IMG/VR virus record: IMGVR_UViG_3300032315_001715
Coordinates: 62,001-126,000 of that record
Strand: one strand, 5' to 3'
DNA length: 64,000 nt
The translations under genes and the position numbers were made by a program. Below the pieces are notes generated by a model. That model was given only the letters and a program-made list of their open reading frames with translations. It had not been told where the DNA came from and searched no databases. Positions 10,259 through 22,756 of the stretch are shown piece by piece (the first letter of the stretch is position 1; each line of letters begins with the position of its first letter).

Positions 10259-10541
10259 TGTACCGATGTCGATGTTAGCGATATATTACGTTGAGCAGGG
10301 CAACGGCCATGCTAGCGTAAGTGATGCAAAGCACAACATCGGCGATTCGCCCTGGCATTTTCTGCCGTTCGAACACCAAGGTTCGCAACCGTGCAAACAG
10401 ATGTCCGGAGAATATGGCAACGCTGAACCACAGGGCAACCAGCTGCCAAAGGGTATATGATATTGTCATTGGTTCTCCTGGGAATTGATCATACCGTAGC
10501 TTACAGCACAAGTTGTAAATGATCAATCGATATTTTGAACG

Positions 10542-10823
10542 TTAGCGAGCATATCCGATGCCCTTGCCGGTTCTTACCGTGGGAGTGCCCAGGGTCATGC
10601 CACCGTCCAGGCTTAATTTCCACTTCCATAGTATCTTCATCAACTGATCGGTGGTGCCAGCTGCCATGATCTCATCTCGCATGTCAGCACGCTTCTTTGG
10701 CGAGGCTGTTTGTGAATGTAGCACGGCCAGGGCGGCAGTGCGAGCGTCTTGGATGTTTCGCAGACCTGCTACCGAGCCGATTTGATCTGCATTGATGGCT
10801 TCGATGATTTCTTTGATTCGCAT
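10542..10823 (-). CDS. hypothetical late protein (MRIKEIIE N-terminus)
   Basis: TAAATA at 10832-10837 immediately before the ATG. Confidence 0.65.
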   Translation of the reverse strand: MRIKEIIEAINADQIGSVAGLRNIQDARTAALAVLHSQTASPKKRADMRDEIMAAGTTDQLMKILWKWKLSLDGGMTLGTPTVRTGKGIGYAR

Positions 10824-11194
10824 GGTAAGCGTATTTACACAGGTAACGCCTAATATCATTCCATTGAAAATTCATCCGGAATAGCATCGGATTTGCTACT
10901 GGTGCAGATAGTCCGATTGTTGTTATAACCTGCTGATGATAAAGAAAATTTAAGCTAGATCGATCCTGTTTTAATTGGATCGCTAGTCATGCTAGCGATC
11001 CTCGTTCGGATCAGGTCTGAGCTCTTGAGCCATACTTCTGCCAAATGTGGATGGCTGTCGATCAGCTTTTCGGCCATCCGCATGGAATGCGCCAGCTTGG
11101 TATGATCATCCCAAAAAATGGGATTCGGCTCAATAGTGCTATCCTTGTGATTCTCGCCTGGGTTAAAAGAACGCCGCATTTTATGTCCTCGTAG

Positions 11195-11650
11195 TTAAAT
11201 CAGTTGGATGGCCCGGGTCTTGCCCATGCGAAAGACCCCCGGCTCAACCGGACGATCCCAGCCGTTTTTACGGGCCTGGCTAACGCTGGGAAACCAACCG
11301 AGATGCACCACGAGATGTGCCATGGTCTGTTGATTCCAGTCGTCAACCTTAATGGTTTCAATGGTAACATTTGGACCTGATTTTGAAAATCCTGTCCACC
11401 ATCCCTGCCGTCGGCCAAATTCCAATCCAGCTAGGTTCTTGCGACGAACGGCCACGGAAAACTCCTCGTCTGATGCACCGATCGGTAACGGCGTGCAAAG
11501 GGCCATGACCTCAATCTCGCCGTCACTCAGCTGGCCGAGCTGTGCTTCGGATGGGATCCACGTTTTTTGCACATGGAGCCATTCTGCTTGCCACCGATCC
11601 GTGGACCAGTTGCCAGCGTCTGATGAGAATATGTTTGGTAGCTGTTCCAT
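11195..11650 (-). CDS. hypothetical protein with a C-terminal S4-like RNA-binding motif
   Basis: LVVHLGWFPSVSQARKNGW resembles the S4 motif of TyrRS C-termini. Confidence 0.5.
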   Translation of the reverse strand: MEQLPNIFSSDAGNWSTDRWQAEWLHVQKTWIPSEAQLGQLSDGEIEVMALCTPLPIGASDEEFSVAVRRKNLAGLEFGRRQGWWTGFSKSGPNVTIETIKVDDWNQQTMAHLVVHLGWFPSVSQARKNGWDRPVEPGVFRMGKTRAIQLI

Positions 11651-11696
11651 GCAGCAAACTTAGCACGGAACAGCTACTCGGTCAACAGATATTTGT

Positions 11697-12491
11697 CTAG
11701 CCTGCGGAGGTGTGGAACGGATCGTTGATCACCAGGGTTTCTCCCCTGAGCATGATGTTTTGATCGTGCAGATCCCAGCCGGTGTCGATCCTGGACTTGA
11801 GTTTGGACAGGGACTTGATCACGGTTTTCCATCCAACCGGTACGCCGCCCAATGCGGCTTCGACCAGTTTCCAGTTCTTTGGAACTGACAAATCCCTGGG
11901 CGAGCGGATTTTGTTTTCCGAGATTACCGCAGCCGTTCGTCGATCGTTGGCTAGCGCACGCACTACCTCCATGCCGTCGGTGATGTATAGGGCGCTCATC
12001 GCGGCTAGATATGCCATCTCAGGTAGCCATTTTTCTATCATGGTGCCGTATGGTATCTGATCCAACCGTTCAACGATAACAAAGTGAAACCTATCCGTCG
12101 GGCTAAGACTTGCCGAACCGATGATGTTTTCGTCTAGGTTCTTTCGCAGCTTTCTCAACATGTTTGGTGGTACGAATCTAGGAAGATGCTGTGAGCCATT
12201 GCCGGAATATTTTTGGCAGAACCCGATGAATGCTTCATATGCCGGGTCCTGTTTCCATGCCTTGAGAACGAACCGATCGCCCGGGAGATCCAAGGCAACC
12301 GCATTAGCGCCTGTGCCCAACACATTGATACCGGGTACGACCTTTTTCAGCAGCCCTGCCCATATGTCCGGTTCATCGGCTGCCCAACTACCGGCTACCT
12401 TGGAAAATTCCCCTCTGATCGGCAGCATCTTCAATTCATTCAATGAGGCTGCGTTGATCAGCAGCCTCATTGAATCCGAGTGACTATCCAT
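11697..12491 (-). CDS. protein kinase-like protein, late-expressed
   Basis: LGTGANAVA glycine loop, VLK, ERL, DLHDQN catalytic loop, INDP; TAAATA at 12523-12528. Confidence 0.65.
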   Translation of the reverse strand: MDSHSDSMRLLINAASLNELKMLPIRGEFSKVAGSWAADEPDIWAGLLKKVVPGINVLGTGANAVALDLPGDRFVLKAWKQDPAYEAFIGFCQKYSGNGSQHLPRFVPPNMLRKLRKNLDENIIGSASLSPTDRFHFVIVERLDQIPYGTMIEKWLPEMAYLAAMSALYITDGMEVVRALANDRRTAAVISENKIRSPRDLSVPKNWKLVEAALGGVPVGWKTVIKSLSKLKSRIDTGWDLHDQNIMLRGETLVINDPFHTSAG

Positions 12492-12763
12492 TTGCAAGAA
12501 TCTCCATTTGCATGATTTCAGCTATTTACGGAGATCCCATCGGATGTGTTTGGTTAGTTTTTGGTGATCGTAACGTCCTTGAACACTCGGTTGCTTATGG
12601 CTTGCAATCCGCCCCCAAGCCGGACCGGGTCGTTGAGAACCGTCCATTCCATGATTCCGGTCTTGTGATCTCCGACCTTTGGAGGGAATTCACTGCTAAG
12701 ACCGGCATTTCACAAATCAGCTAGATTGCTGTCAATCAAGGATGAAAAATCGGTATCGACATG

Positions 12764-13216
12764 TCAGCTTGTGCCGTTGAGCTTTTCACACAGCTCGAGG
12801 TAAAACTGATGATAACGTGCCATCCTTGCGATGTCCTTTTCCGTGATGCCCTTGAGCCGACGCACATCGGTGTTGTGTCGAAGATCGGCTTGCTTGACCA
12901 TCATGGCATCACGGTTAGCGAACACTCGCATCTTGTATTCGTCCAGGGTTTCACCAGGCAGCTTGGTAAGTGTGGAGATACCCTTGATGATCCGTTCCGA
13001 GATACCAGCCTGCCTTAGGTCATGGTAGGTAACGTCGGTGTCCTCGATCACGTCGTGTCCAAGTGCGATGCATTGCAGCTCCTCGTCATTGCTCTTGAGA
13101 TAGTGCATGACCTTGAGGGGATGCAGGATGTACGGCTGCCCGCCCTTGTCGTATTGGCCAGCATGTGCGTTGGTGACCAGCACCAACATGCGTCCGAGCA
13201 TTTCACCCTTTTTCAT
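12764..13216 (-). CDS. HD-domain hydrolase (SpoT/Mesh1-like small alarmone hydrolase family)
   Basis: AHAGQYDKGGQPYILHPLKV, LGHDVIEDT, VKQADLRHN. Confidence 0.8.
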   Translation of the reverse strand: MKKGEMLGRMLVLVTNAHAGQYDKGGQPYILHPLKVMHYLKSNDEELQCIALGHDVIEDTDVTYHDLRQAGISERIIKGISTLTKLPGETLDEYKMRVFANRDAMMVKQADLRHNTDVRRLKGITEKDIARMARYHQFYLELCEKLNGTS

Positions 13217-13357
13217 CAACAGCTCCTCGGTTTGTATCATAAACAAGGTTAGCATTGATTACACCGGAGATCAATCAAATACCATGCTGATCATGCATCT
13301 CTTTCTTCGACAACATGTTACATCCAGATCATTGGTTCCAAACGGCTAAATATTAGC

Positions 13358-13885
13358 ATGCGCATAAATGAGCTTTTTGCCCCTGGGCAACAAAAACCGG
13401 ACGTATCTTGGAAATATGAATCAGGGAATCAGCTTGGCGGTGCAACGTATTCCGTTGATGTCGTTGGAAAGGATCGTAAGGTTCACGAATACATACTGAA
13501 CTTTGCTGCCTCGTATATCAAGGGAGTGTTTGAGGTATCTTTCGTGTTGCACACCGACGACGGATCCGTTAGCATGGAGATCACCAATACCGGCAAGGAG
13601 TTTGCCGTATTTTCTGGCATGGCCGAGGCTATCAGGGATTTCATACGCCGCAACGGACGATTGGTCAATGCCCTGTATTTCACAGCCAAGGAACCAAGCC
13701 GAGCAAGGGCGTACAAGCTCATGTCCAAGCGGATCGCCAGCGAGCTGGGCTGGGATGAAAATCCAAAGCTAGCTGAGATGCTCGGCGGGGACTGGCAAGC
13801 CGAAGGTGATCCAACACCATTCATGATCGTTAGACCTGGTACCGAAGATAGCATTGCCCGATCCATCATGGGAAATGATGACTGA
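13358..13885 (+). CDS. hypothetical late protein (MRINELF N-terminus)
   Basis: TAAATA at 13347-13352; 175-aa ORF. Confidence 0.65.
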   Translation: MRINELFAPGQQKPDVSWKYESGNQLGGATYSVDVVGKDRKVHEYILNFAASYIKGVFEVSFVLHTDDGSVSMEITNTGKEFAVFSGMAEAIRDFIRRNGRLVNALYFTAKEPSRARAYKLMSKRIASELGWDENPKLAEMLGGDWQAEGDPTPFMIVRPGTEDSIARSIMGNDD

Positions 13886-13887
13886 TA

Positions 13888-14130
13888 TCACCAACACCAA
13901 GTTAGCATGAACAGCGGCCATGCATCTGGGTCATCGAGATAAACAACAACGCTGTGTATTCCCTCTGTCTTAGCCCTCTTGGTTTTTCTAACTGATACGT
14001 AGTATCGACGGTTGGTTTTATCTACCAACCATTCCCGCAGTTTCTTGAGGTCATCCTTGGTCAGGTGCAAGGTGCGGGTATGCGGCCATTTGTGAGTTTC
14101 ATCCGTTCGATAATAAAATCCAGATCTCAT
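13888..14130 (-). CDS. small protein of the D..DA..F..TW paralog family
   Basis: C-terminus YLDDPDAWPLFMLTWCW. Confidence 0.6.
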   Translation of the reverse strand: MRSGFYYRTDETHKWPHTRTLHLTKDDLKKLREWLVDKTNRRYYVSVRKTKRAKTEGIHSVVVYLDDPDAWPLFMLTWCW

Positions 14131-14302
14131 CGAACATCAGCGTTGGCATCATAAAGCTGTTTGTGGCCAAGCGCGGTCATCCGTTCTACCAACAGTCCTG
14201 CTTCATTTTCGGATAAACCACGTGCGATAACATATTCACAGCCGTTGTCATCGGTCCGTATGACCTTAAACATTGTTGGGGTGTTGTTGTAGAGTTCCAT
14301 CC

Positions 14303-14929
14303 TTAATATGCCCCTCGGCGCTGCATTACCACCATCGGCGTGGCCATGATGATCTTGGTATCTTTCCAGTATGACGGGTGTGTGGCATATTCGACGTCAA
14401 GCATCACCCGTTGTTCGTAGCTGAGATTGCTTCGTCCACTGATCTGCCACGGTCCGGTAATACCTGGTTTAACCGAGCAATATGCCGCAGCACTATTTCC
14501 GTATCTTTCCTCAAGTTCTCGTTGTCCAACCGGACGCGGACCTATTAGGCTCATGTCGCCCTTGAAGACATTGATGAATTGTGGCAGCTCATCAAGGCTG
14601 GATTTTCGTAGGAATCCACCTATACTTGTGATGCGCGGATCGTTCCTGAGTTTTTGGGTCGATGCCCATTCTTCCTGTGCAAGATGGTTCTTTGCTAGAT
14701 GATCGGCCAGTACCTCATTGCCATTAACCACCATTGATCGAAATTTGAGGCATCCAAACTTGGCACCATTCTTACCGATCCGAACGTCGGCATACAATGC
14801 CGGGCCTCCATCCCTGCGAACCAAAAAGGCAATGACGCTCAGTATCGGAAGGAAGAACAGGATGGCTAATCCAGATCCTATGACATCCAGAATTCGTTTC
14901 ACGATCGGAAATGATCGATTAATGATCAT
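14303..14929 (-). CDS. priming phosphoglycosyl transferase (ExoY/WbaP/WcaJ family)
   Basis: KRILD, KFRSM, DPRIT..GGFLRKSSLDELPQF.NV.KGDMSLIGPRP, KPGITG.WQ. Confidence 0.92.
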   Translation of the reverse strand: MIINRSFPIVKRILDVIGSGLAILFFLPILSVIAFLVRRDGGPALYADVRIGKNGAKFGCLKFRSMVVNGNEVLADHLAKNHLAQEEWASTQKLRNDPRITSIGGFLRKSSLDELPQFINVFKGDMSLIGPRPVGQRELEERYGNSAAAYCSVKPGITGPWQISGRSNLSYEQRVMLDVEYATHPSYWKDTKIIMATPMVVMQRRGAY

Positions 14930-14959
14930 TGACCTCTCCGGGGATCCATGTTGTTGCGT

Positions 14960-15208
14960 TTAGCTATGTGTTAGCGCGTAGGCAAAGTAAGCATCAAGAT
15001 CGATTTTAATGCAATCACAGGGATATGAATACTGGGTATGCTCATATGAGTTTCTTGTCCAGTTTATTCGAACCTTTTTTGCGGTGATCTTGGTGATACG
15101 GCCGACCTCAAGACTTTGTCTCGATGGAGACCTACATGCCACGGCATCGCCGATACCCAACGGTCGACCCATCATGTCCTTGATATCAGCTGCAATGTTT
15201 GATGCCAT
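14960..15208 (-). CDS. small SH3-like hypothetical protein
   Basis: DMMGRPLGIGDAVA..GRITKITAKKVRI. Confidence 0.5.
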   Translation of the reverse strand: MASNIAADIKDMMGRPLGIGDAVACRSPSRQSLEVGRITKITAKKVRINWTRNSYEHTQYSYPCDCIKIDLDAYFAYALTHS

Positions 15209-15226
15209 GATTCTCTGTAGCCCCGA

Positions 15227-15544
15227 TTATTTGATGTGGGCTTGGTGCCGGGCGGTAAACTCCTGGAGTGATCGTTCCAGATCCGTTATCGCCGCACCGA
15301 CGGCATCGGTATTCGGTTGGGCAGGAGTTTGCTGGACCGGGGTCGACATGACCGAAACCATGATCAACACGGCAATGATAAATCCAACCACGGCTCCGAT
15401 CTTGCTGGTGAAAATCCATCGGATGAACAAAAAGATCGCAAACGGGATGGCTACGATTATCGCTGCGGCAGCCATGCTTTGCAGGACTGAGGGACCTTCG
15501 TTTGACAATAAAACCTCCATTTTATGGGCAAAAATGCCGCCCAT
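15227..15544 (-). CDS. membrane protein
   Basis: Two TM helices. Confidence 0.5.
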   Translation of the reverse strand: MGGIFAHKMEVLLSNEGPSVLQSMAAAAIIVAIPFAIFLFIRWIFTSKIGAVVGFIIAVLIMVSVMSTPVQQTPAQPNTDAVGAAITDLERSLQEFTARHQAHIK

Positions 15545-15775
15545 TTGATACTACTGCTAGAAGCTGTCTATGTCAATGGAATTTTGCTGGCGAGGTAGAC
15601 GATCATCTACCTCGCCAGCAAAGATATAACATTGCCAACACGCACGAGAAAGAGATTCCAAATATTACCCATTGTCCCTGTAATGCGTGGACGATGGACG
15701 ATAATATACCCACGGATAAAATCGTACCGTTCATGTAGATGTTCATCTCACTGGTTCCTCATGCAAATGTTGAGA

Positions 15776-16708
15776 TCAATCAAACAAGCTGCTCACGCTC
15801 TTTTCCGTGTGGATCCTGTCCATGGCATCTGCAATGAGCGGAGCAATGGTAAGCTGTCGGATGTTCCTTGCGGATTTAACATGATCCGTTGCCAGGATCG
15901 AATCGGTGATGGTTAGCATTTCGATCGGACTGGTAGCGATTCTATTGACCGCTTCTCCGCTGAGCACACCGTGCGTGACATAAACGCTAGCACTCGCAGC
16001 ACCATTTGACAACAGTGCCTTGGCAGCATTGATTAACGTTCCGCCGGAATCCACGATATCGTCGATCAATATGCAATCCTTACCTCGAACGTCGCCGATC
16101 ACATTCATCACTTCCGACACTCCGGCCTTTTCTCGGCGCTTGTCAATGATGGCAAGATCGGTATGCAGCCTGGTCGCGATGGCCCTTGCACGAACGACCC
16201 CACCAACATCAGGGCTAACGATCGTTAGATTTCGACCAGAATATCGATCCTTGATATCCTTGGCAAATAATGGTGCAGCATAGAGATTGTCCACCGGAAT
16301 GTCAAAGAAGCCCTGTATCTGTCCGGCGTGGAGATCCATCGTCAGCACTCGGTCAGCGCCTGCCTCGGTGATGAGATTGGCAACCAGTTTAGCACTGATT
16401 GGTGTGCGTGGACCGCTTTTGCGATCCTGCCGGGCATAACCAAAATACGGTAGCACGGCGGTGACACGCCGGCAACTTGCCCTTTTCAATGCATCCAGTG
16501 TCAACAAAAGTTCCATGAGATGGTCATTAGCTGGATACGATGTGCTTTGCATCACAAACACATCCTCGCCTCGGATGTTTTCGTGCAGCTCAACGAATAC
16601 CTCCATGTCCGCAAATCGTCGAACGGTGGCCTTTGCTAGGCCGGTTGATAAATGACTTGCGACGGATTCCGCCATCGGTCGATTGCTATTACAAGTTACG
16701 ATTTTCAT
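15776..16708 (-). CDS. prs: ribose-phosphate pyrophosphokinase
   Basis: Start [10 protein letters not shown]; [46 protein letters not shown]. Confidence 0.97.
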   Translation of the reverse strand: MKIVTCNSNRPMAESVASHLSTGLAKATVRRFADMEVFVELHENIRGEDVFVMQSTSYPANDHLMELLLTLDALKRASCRRVTAVLPYFGYARQDRKSGPRTPISAKLVANLITEAGADRVLTMDLHAGQIQGFFDIPVDNLYAAPLFAKDIKDRYSGRNLTIVSPDVGGVVRARAIATRLHTDLAIIDKRREKAGVSEVMNVIGDVRGKDCILIDDIVDSGGTLINAAKALLSNGAASASVYVTHGVLSGEAVNRIATSPIEMLTITDSILATDHVKSARNIRQLTIAPLIADAMDRIHTEKSVSSLFD

Positions 16709-17115
16709 TCCGGTCTCCGTCAATACATCGGTGATAACAGCACTATAAGAGCGTAACAGCGGGTTGGTCAATTGTGTTTTTAACAGTGCATTCTGCGAGG
16801 GCACGCACAATGGCTAGCAATGCTGCCGCATCGGTGGAAAATGTCCCATTCAATTGTGGGGATTGTAGGAAGACGTGTATCATGGTTGGAGAATATCGCC
16901 GAACCACACCGTGTCCGGGATAACGACCGTTTCCCGGATTCCGATGATTCCATCTGGTTCTTTTTTCGTAGATCCGAGGCGAGTAGACATGCTGCTCGCA
17001 GCTTAATAATCTTGCAACTTCCGTATAGAAGTTTTTTTCCGCTTCTTGTTTTTCATTTAACATTTCAGCCTAAGTGTGCAGGGTCGTCCAGCACCTGTCA
17101 ACTGGCAGAATCGGA

Positions 17116-18680
<1,565 letters not shown>

Positions 18681-18684
<4 letters not shown>

Positions 18685-18938
18685 CAGCCGAGCTCCTTCA
18701 TGTCATTTGTAATTGATATCAGCATGCGCTGGTTGGTAATTGAATCCATCGAAAGATCTTTTCGAAATGATCTCAGCTCGCTGAGCTTTAATTTAGCACG
18801 TTCAATTTGGGATTTAATTCTAGGTTTCGATGACAACAATTCTTCTAGATCCTGTTGCTGTCGATTGATGATGGCATCAATGTGCGCCAGCACTGCGTTC
18901 TTGCTAACTTGCATTTGCATTCGTTCCTTGATCAACAC
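18681..18938 (-). CDS. hypothetical coiled-coil protein
   Basis: Stop overlaps the pyrG start (GTGA). Confidence 0.5.
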
Positions 18939-19057
18939 TGAATTCTAGCTAAAAAATCGTCGATCAGTCAACTAGCTAGCGCCGCTCCCTTCCATGCCCG
19001 CTAGACCCCCGAGGCCGTGCTCTTTGTTACTCCTCGTCCATCCAAGGCTATTTAGGC

Positions 19058-19189
19058 TCAGCCGAGAATTGACCAGGCGATCAGTCCGACACCGCCAAAT
19101 ATCATCAAGGACATCAACAAGGCATTGCGAAGGCCAATTAAAAAGCTTTGATCGTTGTCATTTTCGTCAGCATCGTAGATATTTTTCAT
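19058..19189 (-). CDS. 43-aa membrane peptide (absent from the ORF track)
   Basis: AAGGAA RBS then MKNIYDADENDNDQSFLIGLRNALLMSLMIFGGVGLIAWSILG*. Confidence 0.6.
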   Translation of the reverse strand: MKNIYDADENDNDQSFLIGLRNALLMSLMIFGGVGLIAWSILG

Positions 19190-19199
19190 AATGTTTCCT

Positions 19200-19690
19200 T
19201 TCGTTGCAAACAAACACGGGAGACCTTGCCATTGAAGTTCGGTGGCGAACCAATAGGATCAAACGGCTTGCCAAGCCTACCCTAAAGAGGAGATTATTTC
19301 ACTCCTGCGCTTTTTCCCGGTCTCGCCAGGGAAGAATGGTAAGACTGGATACTCATCTCTCTGTCGGCACGGTGTTCCTGGCCAATTTCATGGTACTATG
19401 CTTCTACCCAGTGGCTCTAGGCGTGTTGATCCAACATGGATTTTCCTATGTACGGCATCTTCCTTACCGCGCTGGGCATTTCCGTGTCTGGTAGTGAGAA
19501 CCCAGGTATCCATTCTTTCCCTGGAATGTAACGCCCGCAGTCTGTGTGGTGTGCGTAACCAGTTTTAGTAAGTTTAAGCCCAACTGTTAAGGTGGTCAGT
19601 CCCTACGCAGGGCTAATAAAATCAATGCAATATATCGAGATTAGTACATGTTACAGCTCCGGATGTTCTAAAGCATTAGCTTCCTTAGAA
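19200..19690 (-). ncRNA. candidate large structured ncRNA or 5' leader
   Basis: About 500 nt without a convincing ORF; promoter TTGACC-17-TATACA at ~19696-19724; long-range inverted repeat 19326-19352/19506-19524 plus many hairpins. Confidence 0.55.
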
Positions 19691-19737
19691 ACTATGTATA
19701 ACATGAATCATACCGTTGGTCAATGTGCGTATCTAGA

Positions 19738-20940
19738 TTAAACGATGTTATTTGGATTGAGATAGGATTCGTATATGGCATCCAGCTTTGATGGTATCGG
19801 TATCCCGGTTACCGATGAATACCACTTGGTGTGTGTTCTAAATTCTTCGAGTTTTTTCATATCTGCTGTACCAACTGATTGCACCGACGCTAGATTTTTA
19901 ATCCAGTGGCGATAAAATCGCCAATTTGGATGATCCGGTAAATGGTCCATCTTTGGTAAAAATTTAGCTATCGTTGGTCCGAGATTGGACACGGCTATCT
20001 TGTGTGGAGTTGTTGCTAGATTGCGTATGGGAGATATCTTACCATATCGTGGATTCGATATGGCAAATTCCATGATTTCCCCTTGCACAGGTAAATTGTA
20101 CAGGCTAGTGGTGATAGCAAAATCTGCCGCTATTCCTGCAGAAACCACGTCATCTAGATTCTTCTCAAACAACGTCCAATTCTTACCACCTCTGATGTAT
20201 TCTGCGTTTTCTCCGATAGCGTCGACGCTGATCTTCAATCGAACATCCCATCCTTTTGCCGACACGGCTAAAACGTTTTTTAGGAATTTTTGACCTATAT
20301 TATCGTGCGGCCACATTCCGTTGGTTATGATTGAGATCAAGGGTTTGCGTCGAAAGCCTAGATTCGGCACGTTTATCATGGATATGCTTTCCATAAATTT
20401 AATAAAAAATGGGTCAATGCTTGGTTCGCCGCCCATTATATTAATATTTGTCAGAGTGGAAGCATTGTCATAAACCAATTCGGCAATTCGTTCAATGACT
20501 TTTTCTTTAATGTCGTCAGACGCTTTTGTTATCTTGAACGGCATGTTGTTGGCCTTTAGTATTCCTTGCCATCGAGTGCTAGAATATGCACCACAGGTTG
20601 CACAAAATAGGTTGCAAAGATCACCGATCATTATGTCAATATATGTGAGACCGTTCAATGACGACAACGATGCCTGATCTATAGCACCGGCATTGGTGGT
20701 TCGAAAGCTAGCACCACCGAGTTCCTCATCTCTCCAACATGCGTTACAAGCGGACGGCTTTTTGCCTTCCATGAATTCGGTCTTTACCGATTGTAAGAAA
20801 TGATTTTGCTGATTATAACCGGATAGGAAATCCTCCTGCCAAGCTGTTTTGCAGCAAAAATACCACTGATTTCGATCTAGATTGATAACAACCCAAGTCC
20901 ATGGATATCGGCAGCTATGGTCCATTGATACATCCTTCAT
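19738..20940 (-). CDS. radical SAM protein with an N-terminal Cys-rich (Twitch-like) domain
   Basis: CNLFCATC motif, GGEP, SVDA; N-terminal C..PW..CC..CNAC. Confidence 0.85.
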   Translation of the reverse strand: MKDVSMDHSCRYPWTWVVINLDRNQWYFCCKTAWQEDFLSGYNQQNHFLQSVKTEFMEGKKPSACNACWRDEELGGASFRTTNAGAIDQASLSSLNGLTYIDIMIGDLCNLFCATCGAYSSTRWQGILKANNMPFKITKASDDIKEKVIERIAELVYDNASTLTNINIMGGEPSIDPFFIKFMESISMINVPNLGFRRKPLISIITNGMWPHDNIGQKFLKNVLAVSAKGWDVRLKISVDAIGENAEYIRGGKNWTLFEKNLDDVVSAGIAADFAITTSLYNLPVQGEIMEFAISNPRYGKISPIRNLATTPHKIAVSNLGPTIAKFLPKMDHLPDHPNWRFYRHWIKNLASVQSVGTADMKKLEEFRTHTKWYSSVTGIPIPSKLDAIYESYLNPNNIV

Positions 20941-20954
20941 GATGTTTTAAATTT

Positions 20955-21692
20955 TTAAAGTTTGATACCGCGCTTGCTTAGTTCAACCTGCAATGCTTGT
21001 ATCTTGTTGGAACTTTTTGCTATCGCTTGCCTGATGTCCCCAGCCACGCCAGCTGGTAGGCCACGCAACACATCACTGACGATTTTTTCAGCAGCGACAT
21101 TCTGCCCGGGAATCATGGATGCAGGCTTTGCTGTTAGCTGAGAAACCGGTTCTGACTTTGGTTCATCTTGATTTTTCTTGGAAGATTTCGATGGTCTAGC
21201 AGATTCAAGATCAGCTAGCCATGCTTGGAAGTCTCGTAGCTCTTCCTGCCATTTCTTGGCCTTGGTGACCAGATTGTCATTTCCGTGTGCTTGACCGATG
21301 CTGATGAGCATGGTCGGGAGGGTGCTGCTTAATCGAACGAAGCTACCCCGTCCGGTTATCATATCACGGAGAAAAGCCGCTAATGGCTGCCCAGATCGAC
21401 CAGCTTGCCGTGACAGATCGTATAGTTCACCTTGCAATCCAGGATTTGGTTTGCTGCTGCCTTTTTTTGGATTGGTTACCGGTGCCCATATCCGGTCCCA
21501 CCACATCCTGGTCTCGACGCTACTGGAAACGAATCCCCATCCCTTGAGACTATCGTGCCCTCCCATCCAGTTGCTGGCGCTGGCTTTAAGAGCGTCAAAC
21601 GTGTCGGTTACACCGTTGCCTATGTCAGCTGCAATCGATGACATGGTATTTTCGAGGCTAAATGCTTCTGAAATGATTTCGTTGATTTTCAT
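20955..21692 (-). CDS. hypothetical late protein (MKINEIISE N-terminus)
   Basis: TAAATA at 21698-21703. Confidence 0.65.
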   Translation of the reverse strand: MKINEIISEAFSLENTMSSIAADIGNGVTDTFDALKASASNWMGGHDSLKGWGFVSSSVETRMWWDRIWAPVTNPKKGSSKPNPGLQGELYDLSRQAGRSGQPLAAFLRDMITGRGSFVRLSSTLPTMLISIGQAHGNDNLVTKAKKWQEELRDFQAWLADLESARPSKSSKKNQDEPKSEPVSQLTAKPASMIPGQNVAAEKIVSDVLRGLPAGVAGDIRQAIAKSSNKIQALQVELSKRGIKL

Positions 21693-21809
21693 AAAGCTAT
21701 TTATTTTGCAGGGGTCACAAATACAGATCACGTTTAATCAGTGATTGGTACGATCGATGCGGGTTCGCAAGATTTATGATTACACATTACATGTGTAAAT
21801 AGCTATACA

Positions 21810-22697
21810 ATGAGAATTGCCATTTGTATTAGCGGTCAAATACGAACAGGGTGCTACGCTGCACCAAACATCAAACGATATCTAGGCGAATACTTACCAA
21901 ATTGTGACATATTTGTCCATGCATGGGATTTCAACATGCAGAAATCAAATCATGGGTTCACCATGCAGACTCCGAATGTAAAATTTATTCCGGAGATATT
22001 TTGTCATCTTGGAGACGATGCTGATCGGTTTAGGAACATCTGGAATCCTGTTAGCATGGTTGTTGAAAGCTACGACATGGCCGTCCGGCGCATGGAAATT
22101 GAGCGAGGGATACCAGCGTGTCTGCCAGAATGGTCAGTATATCGAACCAATGGCATCAGCGATAGATGGATACCGTTATATTATAGCTGGTACCAAAGCA
22201 TATTGCTGAAACGCGACCACGAACTGCTTAATGGATTTAAATACGACTTAGTTGTTAAGCTGCGGGCAGACATGGTATATCGTAGATCGAGGACATTGAC
22301 ACATGACATATTAACATGGAAAAATGATCGCTCGCGTTTCTATACCGATACTGAGGTCGTCGGAACCCGCATAGATGATGTCCTTTGGTACGCTAGCTCA
22401 GATATCATGGATCGCGCATCGTGCTTTTGGTTAAAAAAACTCGACAATCCGTCGAAAGAATTCAACCATTACGCATACATGATGGAACAGGGGATTCAGA
22501 TCGGACATACTGGCAATACATATGCACCATTACGGTATCATTGCATTGACCTAGGACTTGACCCCCTCACACAATGGGGACAGATCTATGCCGAGGACCT
22601 TAGATTATACAGCCATGGGTCCACTATGTGGAACGGACAGCCAGTAACAGTAGAAGAATGGATAAAACTAAATCAGGATTGGTTAAGTTCCGGCTAA
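21810..22697 (+). CDS. putative glycosyltransferase-like protein (SGQ.R family)
   Basis: MRIAICISGQIR, DIFVHAW, YDLVVKLRAD motifs. Confidence 0.6.
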   Translation: MRIAICISGQIRTGCYAAPNIKRYLGEYLPNCDIFVHAWDFNMQKSNHGFTMQTPNVKFIPEIFCHLGDDADRFRNIWNPVSMVVESYDMAVRRMEIERGIPACLPEWSVYRTNGISDRWIPLYYSWYQSILLKRDHELLNGFKYDLVVKLRADMVYRRSRTLTHDILTWKNDRSRFYTDTEVVGTRIDDVLWYASSDIMDRASCFWLKKLDNPSKEFNHYAYMMEQGIQIGHTGNTYAPLRYHCIDLGLDPLTQWGQIYAEDLRLYSHGSTMWNGQPVTVEEWIKLNQDWLSSG

Positions 22698-22756
22698 CTG
22701 CCCAAATAATAAATGTTGGCATTTACTCGTTTGTGATATATTAACCAACGCCTAGT

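Noticed and set aside
19200-19690. RNase P RNA, group I intron or cobalamin riboswitch
   Set aside because: Diagnostic conserved motifs were not found by eye.
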